A stretch of DNA of 53,417 bases from positions 1 to 53,417 of the forward strand of contig JAWOID010000127.1 of the NCBI GenBank assembly GCA_046484865.1, given 5' to 3'. The DNA comes from Candidatus Krumholzibacteriia bacterium. Lineage in GTDB: Bacteria; Krumholzibacteriota; Krumholzibacteriia; LZORAL124-64-63. Shown piece by piece: positions 48,407-53,417 of this stretch (positions are counted from its first letter, which is position 1; every line of letters begins with the position of its first letter). The notes below the pieces were generated by a model. That model was not told where the DNA came from, did no database searches, and saw nothing but the letters and a program-made list of their open reading frames with translations. The translations under genes and the position numbers were made by a program.

Positions 48407-49675
48407 CTAGCTCATCGCTCGCCGCGAGCTGATGTTGAGCAGGAAGCCCACCAGCACGGACGAGACCAGGAGATTCGACCCGCCGTAGCTGATGAGCGGC
48501 AGCGGCAATCCGGTCACCGGCAGCAGACCGGTGGTGATGGAGACGTTCACCGCCACATGGAAGGTGAAGTACGACGCCGCGCCCACCGCCAGGTAGGCGG
48601 CGAAGGGCCGGCGGGTGTCGCCCGCCAGATCGATCGCGCGCAGGACCAGGAACGCGAACAGCGCCAGCACCGCCACGGCACCCGCGAAACCGAGTTCCTC
48701 CCCGATGACCGAGAAGATGAAGTCGGTGTGCCGCTCCGGCAAAAAGGCGAGCCCCTTCTGGGTGCCCTGCAGGTAGTGGGTTCCGAAGAGGCCGCCCGAG
48801 CCGATGGCCACCTGTGACTGGATCGCCTGGTAGCCGCTGCCGAACGCATCGCTCTGGGGATCGAAGAAGGCCATGATGCGCGTCTGCTGATACGGTCGCA
48901 GCTTCTCCCAGAGCATCGGAATGCCCAGACCGGTCAGGACGTTCGTGCCCAGGATGATGCTGCTCGTCAGCATGCCGAATCGTCCCATGTAGAGCAGGCC
49001 CATCAGCAGCAGCAGGAACACCGCCCAGGGCCAGGGATTCTGCGCCACCGACTCGGAGTAGAAGCTCAGGATCGCGCTGCCCGCGGCGCTCGCGGCCCAG
49101 AGCAGGAAGACGCCCGGGATCCCGTACCAGAACACCAGCCCCACCCACAGGGCCAGGAAGACGAGACTCGTCCCGAGATCAGGCTCCTTGAACACGAGCA
49201 GGAACGGCACCACCGCGAGCAGCAGCGACAGCAAGGTCGTGGGGAGGCTGCGCCGGCCTGAACGCCGTCCCAGCACGCTCGCGAGCAGCAGGATGGTGGC
49301 CACCTTCGCCAGCTCGGACGGCTGCACGCTGAGCGGCCCCGCCACCAGCCAGCGCCGCGACCCGGCGACGACGGTCCCGGCGACCAGCGTCACCAGCAGC
49401 AGCGCGACGGCTCCGAGGTAGACCGGCAGCGCGAGATTCTCGAGGTGGCGCAGCGGGATGCGCGCTGCAATCGCGAGGGCGACGAAGCTGACCGCCATCC
49501 ACATCGCCTGCCGCCAGAAGACGCTCTTGGGAACGTCCGGCTCCACCCCCTGGTAGGGACCGTGGATGCCCTCGGTCACCGACCAGAGCGTGAGCAGGCT
49601 GAACATGCACAGCAGCAGGTATGCCGCCAGGATGCGCAGATCTCCACCGGGCAGGAGCCAGCTCAACGACCTCAT
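48407..49675 (-). CDS. rodA: Rod shape-determining protein RodA (SEDS family)
   Basis: GSRRW, QPSELAK, EPDLGT, GYQAIQS, AIGSGG, LPERHTDFIFS, GEELGF, PLISYGGS; follows mrdA. Confidence 0.96.
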   Translation of the reverse strand: MRSLSWLLPGGDLRILAAYLLLCMFSLLTLWSVTEGIHGPYQGVEPDVPKSVFWRQAMWMAVSFVALAIAARIPLRHLENLALPVYLGAVALLLVTLVAGTVVAGSRRWLVAGPLSVQPSELAKVATILLLASVLGRRSGRRSLPTTLLSLLLAVVPFLLVFKEPDLGTSLVFLALWVGLVFWYGIPGVFLLWAASAAGSAILSFYSESVAQNPWPWAVFLLLLMGLLYMGRFGMLTSSIILGTNVLTGLGIPMLWEKLRPYQQTRIMAFFDPQSDAFGSGYQAIQSQVAIGSGGLFGTHYLQGTQKGLAFLPERHTDFIFSVIGEELGFAGAVAVLALFAFLVLRAIDLAGDTRRPFAAYLAVGAASYFTFHVAVNVSITTGLLPVTGLPLPLISYGGSNLLVSSVLVGFLLNISSRRAMS

Positions 49676-51483
49676 CCCGGCGCCTCCCCCGACCGCTCCG
49701 CGCCAGCGGTCGTACCGTCGTCCATCGCGGCCGCATCCTCCGGCAACCGCCCGGCGAAGAAGGCGTGCAGCCAGAGGCCCGCCAGCGGCGCCGCCTCGGT
49801 CCCGCCGTGACCGGCATTCTCGAGGATGATGGCCACCGCCACCTCCGGGTCGTCCGCCGGAGCGTAGCAGATGAACCAGGCATGATCCTCGCCGTGGGAG
49901 TTCTGGGCCGTTCCGGTCTTGCCGGCCACCGGCAAACCCGCGCGACGGGCGGCAGCGCCCGTGCCGGCATCCACCACCGCACGCAGGCTGTCGCGGATCC
50001 AGCTCATCTCCGCCCCCGAGTACGGCAGCGGCGACACCGTCGGCCGGGGAGCCTCGCGACGCACGAAGCTCGCCTCGTGGACGCGATCACCCACCGCCAG
50101 TCTGGCGGTGAACATGGCCATCTGCAGCGGCGTCACCAGGATCTCGCCCTGGCCGATCGAGTTGTTCAGCAGCACGCCCCGCGTCCACTTGTTCACGCCG
50201 AACCGGCTGTCGTACCAGGCGGAGGTAGGGATGTTCCCCGTCGCCTCCTCCTGGAAGAGATCGGAACAGCGGGCGCCGAGCCCGAAGTGAGCCGCTGCCT
50301 CGGCGAGCTGCTCCAGCCGCAGCTTCAGGCCCACCTGGTAGTAGAAGACATCGCAGGAGTGCACCAGGGCCCCGCGGTGATCCAGGTAGCCATGCCCCCC
50401 CCGCTTCCAGCAGCGGAAGGTGCGGTTGCCGAAGCGGTAACCGCCGAGGCACGGCTCCAGCACGCTGCTGGTCTCCACCACGCCCGCCGCGATCCCCGCC
50501 AGCGAGGTCACCGGCTTGTAGATGGACCCGGGCGGATAGGTGGCCTGCACGATGCGGTTGAAGAACGGCTTGGCCGGATCCCCGACCAGGCCGTTCCACT
50601 CGTCCCGTGTGAGCGACAGGGCCAGGCGGTTGGGATCGAACGAGGGCGCGCTGAATGCGGCCAGCACCTCGCCGCCGGGAACCGAGACGGCGATACCGCA
50701 CCCCACCCGGCCTTCCAGCAGATCCGCCATCTGCTGCTGCAGCGGCAGCGAGAGAGTGAGCGCCACGTCGCTGCCGGGCTCCACCCGCTGCAACCAGAGG
50801 GGCTGCCGACCGACGATGCGCCCGGACGCGTTCACCTCCTCCAGCTTGATGCCGGGCCGGCCGCGCAGGCGGTGCTCGAAACGCGACTCCACCCCCTGCT
50901 TGCCGAGCATGTCGCCCAGCCGGTAGGTCTCGGCGACGGCCGCCGAGTCGATGTCGGTCTGGCTCACCTCGCCCACGTAGCCGATGACGTGCGCGAACAG
51001 CGGTCCCTGGAGGTACCGGCGCCGCCAGCGCGTCTCCACGCGCACCCCCGGCAACAGTCGCTCGCGCTCTTCCACCAGGATGATCGCCGGCATGCCGGCG
51101 TTCGCCACCACCACCAGATCCCTGGCGCCGCGAGCCTTCTGCTCGCCCATGCGCGCCAAGGTCTCCTGGTAGGGCAGGTCCAGCCAGGTCAGCAGACGGT
51201 GCAGGGTGGAGTCGGGCAGCCCGTCGGCCAGCGCGGAGGGACGGACCACGATGTCGGCGATGTACTTGTTGTCGGCCAGGATCACGCCGTCGCGGTCGCT
51301 GATGCGGCCGCGAGGCGCCTTCACGCGGAAGCGGACCTGCCGGTTCTGCAGGGCGTCCTCCTGGTACTCGCGGTGACGCACGACCATCATCCCGAAGAGG
51401 TTCACGAGCAGGATGCCGAACACCAGCGCCACCGTCGCACGCAGGATCCGGCTGCGCAGCAGGAACGCACTGTCCGGACGCAT
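49672..51483 (-). CDS. mrdA: Penicillin-binding protein 2
   Basis: RGRISDR, HVIGYV, GKQGVE, YPPGSIYK, SCDVFYY, IGQG, GKTGTAQ. Confidence 0.96.
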   Translation of the reverse strand: MRPDSAFLLRSRILRATVALVFGILLVNLFGMMVVRHREYQEDALQNRQVRFRVKAPRGRISDRDGVILADNKYIADIVVRPSALADGLPDSTLHRLLTWLDLPYQETLARMGEQKARGARDLVVVANAGMPAIILVEERERLLPGVRVETRWRRRYLQGPLFAHVIGYVGEVSQTDIDSAAVAETYRLGDMLGKQGVESRFEHRLRGRPGIKLEEVNASGRIVGRQPLWLQRVEPGSDVALTLSLPLQQQMADLLEGRVGCGIAVSVPGGEVLAAFSAPSFDPNRLALSLTRDEWNGLVGDPAKPFFNRIVQATYPPGSIYKPVTSLAGIAAGVVETSSVLEPCLGGYRFGNRTFRCWKRGGHGYLDHRGALVHSCDVFYYQVGLKLRLEQLAEAAAHFGLGARCSDLFQEEATGNIPTSAWYDSRFGVNKWTRGVLLNNSIGQGEILVTPLQMAMFTARLAVGDRVHEASFVRREAPRPTVSPLPYSGAEMSWIRDSLRAVVDAGTGAAARRAGLPVAGKTGTAQNSHGEDHAWFICYAPADDPEVAVAIILENAGHGGTEAAPLAGLWLHAFFAGRLPEDAAAMDDGTTAGAERSGEAPG

Positions 51484-51484
51484 G

Positions 51485-51976
51485 CTAGTCCTCCCGCCGC
51501 AGGACGCCGAGGATGTCGGCGACGCGGATGAGCGGGACTGCGATCAGCGCCGTGTACAGGGCTCCCGGAAGTGCATTCGTCAGCATCGGCACCAGGAACG
51601 CCTCGTCAGCCATGCGGCTCTGCACCAGCAGGTAGAGAGTATCGTGGGCCAGCGCCGCCAGGAAGACCACCAGCCCCTCCACGAGGGGCATCCCGTAGAT
51701 GATCCGGCCGCGCAGGCGTCCCACGGCGAAGCCGAGGAGCGTCTTGTCCAGCGCGTAGAGCCCGAGCAGGCGGGGATGTGCCAGGTCCTGCACCAGTCCC
51801 ACCACGAAGCCACCCAGACTCCCGGCTCCCGATCCTTCGGCCAGCGCCAGGATGACGATGGCGATCACCGTGAAGTCGGGCGCCACCCCGCCCAGGCTCA
51901 GCATGGGCGCCAGGAGGGTGTCGCCCACGAACGCCACCAGGATCCAGGCCAGCGACGTGCGCAGGAAGAGCCTCAT
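51485..51976 (-). CDS. mreD: Rod shape-determining protein MreD
   Basis: Hydrophobic, with VAPDF and GFVVGLVQD; between mreC and mrdA. Confidence 0.9.
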   Translation of the reverse strand: MRLFLRTSLAWILVAFVGDTLLAPMLSLGGVAPDFTVIAIVILALAEGSGAGSLGGFVVGLVQDLAHPRLLGLYALDKTLLGFAVGRLRGRIIYGMPLVEGLVVFLAALAHDTLYLLVQSRMADEAFLVPMLTNALPGALYTALIAVPLIRVADILGVLRRED

Positions 51977-52872
51977 GGCGCCCTCCCGTCCGCCGGCATT
52001 CCGGGCCGGGAGGACCTGCCCGCCGCCTGCCGCCGCGCTCCGCTCTCCCGGGACGCGCTCTCCGGTAACACCACGAACACAGTCTCGTTCCGGTCGAACG
52101 AGGCCAGCGGCTCCACCATCACGTCCTTGAAGATCTCGTCCGACGGCGCGGCCACGGACCGGACGGTTCCGACCGGCAGTCCGCGCGGAATCGTGCCCAG
52201 TCGCTCCAGGCGGACGTCGGTCTCGCGCGCCTCGACGATCCCGGAAGTGATCAGGCGATCGCCGGGCTGCACGTCCTCGTCCCGGGCGACCAGGTCCAGG
52301 GCGAGCTGGCCGGCCCGCGTCCGCAGCACCGCCAGCAGCCCCGTGCGCTCGATCTCCACGCCGAGAGCCATCTCCGGCGACACCATCAGTTCCACCCAGG
52401 CGGTGCGTTCGCCCTCGAGCGCGCTCACCCGGCCGAGGAAGCCGCGCGAGGAGATCACCGCCAGATATGGTCGCAGCGGCGCGGGCTCCAGGGTCCGGAT
52501 GCGGATCATGCCGGCGAAGCGGGCTCGCTTGCGGACCTCCACGCGGCAGGGCACCAGCCGGCCGGCCAGTTCCTGGCCCAGCACCGGCTCGGCCGAGCGC
52601 ACGCTGTCGGCGGCGGCGCGCTGCCGGGCGGCCAGCCGCAGCTCGAGTTCCGCCACCCGGGCCTTGAGGTGCGCATTCTCCTCGCCCACGTCCCCCACGT
52701 CCGCGATGAAGTTGCGCGTGCGGTGGTAGGGAGCGGTGAGCACGTCGGCGAGCCGGCCGGCCACGATCACCTGCACGCTCTCGGGCAGCACGAGCAGCAC
52801 GAGCGACAAGGCGACGCAAACCAGGAAGACGAAGATCTCGACCCGGCCCGACGGTGGTGAGAGGTGCGTCAT
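51973..52872 (-). CDS. mreC: Rod shape-determining protein MreC
   Basis: TM helix, coiled coil EENAHLK, GFLGRV, GDRLITSG, PRGLPVGTV. Confidence 0.92.
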   Translation of the reverse strand: MTHLSPPSGRVEIFVFLVCVALSLVLLVLPESVQVIVAGRLADVLTAPYHRTRNFIADVGDVGEENAHLKARVAELELRLAARQRAAADSVRSAEPVLGQELAGRLVPCRVEVRKRARFAGMIRIRTLEPAPLRPYLAVISSRGFLGRVSALEGERTAWVELMVSPEMALGVEIERTGLLAVLRTRAGQLALDLVARDEDVQPGDRLITSGIVEARETDVRLERLGTIPRGLPVGTVRSVAAPSDEIFKDVMVEPLASFDRNETVFVVLPESASRESGARRQAAGRSSRPGMPADGRAP

Positions 52873-52907
52873 GGTCCTCCGGTTCCCTCCGGGGACTGCC
52901 GTGGTGC

Positions 52908-53417
52908 CTACTTCATGATCACGGGGCGGTAGCGATCGAAGTCGTCGAGGATCTTGCCGGTGCCCAGCACGACGCAGAACAGTGGGTCGTCCATGAGGTT
53001 GATGGGCAGATCGGTCTGCTCGCGCAGCAGCTCGGGCAAGCCCTTCAGCAGCGCGCCGCCGCCGGTGAGCACGATGCCGCGGTCCTTGATGTCGGCGGCG
53101 AGTTCGGGCGGGGTCTGCTCCAGCGACTGCTTCAGGGCGTCGCTGATCTGCTGGATCGGTTCCTGGAGGGCCTCGCGGATCTCCACCGAGGAGATCTTCA
53201 TGGTCTTGGGCACGCCCGAGACCTGGGACAGGCCCTTCACCTCCATCTCCAGTTCCTCGTCCAGCTTGTAGGCGGAACCGATCGTCTTCTTGATGTTCTC
53301 CGCCGTCTGGTCGCCGATGAGGAGGTTGTGGTTCTTCTTGATGTAGACGCCGACCGCGTCGTCCATCTCGTCACCGCCGACCCGGATGCTGGTGTCGCAG
53401 ACGATGTCGTTGAGCGC
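52908..53417 (-). CDS. mreB: Rod shape-determining protein MreB (C-terminal part; runs off the window)
   Basis: VGGDEMD, IGDQTAENIK, LEQTPPELAADI, GIVLTGGGALL, DPLFCVVLGTG. Confidence 0.97.
   Translation of the reverse strand, partial: ALNDIVCDTSIRVGGDEMDDAVGVYIKKNHNLLIGDQTAENIKKTIGSAYKLDEELEMEVKGLSQVSGVPKTMKISSVEIREALQEPIQQISDALKQSLEQTPPELAADIKDRGIVLTGGGALLKGLPELLREQTDLPINLMDDPLFCVVLGTGKILDDFDRYRPVIMK

Overview
A very GC-rich bacterial chromosomal window, mostly housekeeping genes and mostly on the minus strand. It opens with the 5' half of a 16S rRNA gene plus its leader and tandem promoters. Next come a PBP1A, a nucleoside-salvage pair (a deoB-cdd fusion and pdp), rarA and pfkA. An accessory-looking block follows (orphan lipoprotein, degenerate zincin-like ORF, tryptophanase, a ~2060-aa orphan, and a multidomain S8 protease with a FlgD-Ig tail). 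The rest is yraN-rnhB-rplS-trmD-rimM-khpA-rpsP-ffh, rpe-PASTA-rsmB-fmt-def-yajC-tgt-queA-ruvBAC-yebC-EF-G paralog, an outer-membrane beta-barrel, a histone H1-like protein, tRNA-Leu, secG, pgk, comF, an aroE-like gene, lgt and rodA-mrdA-mreDCB (mreB cut by the window edge). The organism is diderm; a Latescibacterota/Krumholzibacteriota-like lineage is an inference only. The best candidate for something new is the ~2060-aa protein (12859-19044). By motif order it looks like a chain of catalytically dead nucleic-acid modules: DEDDh exonuclease-like, DinG-like, RecQ-like and UvrD-like. Other oddities are an AroE lacking its catalytic Lys and Asp, an EF-G paralog with G4 NKxD changed to NRMN, and the DeoB-Cdd fusion. 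I saw no CRISPR array, transposase or integrase. All calls come from reading motifs by eye; no searches were run.
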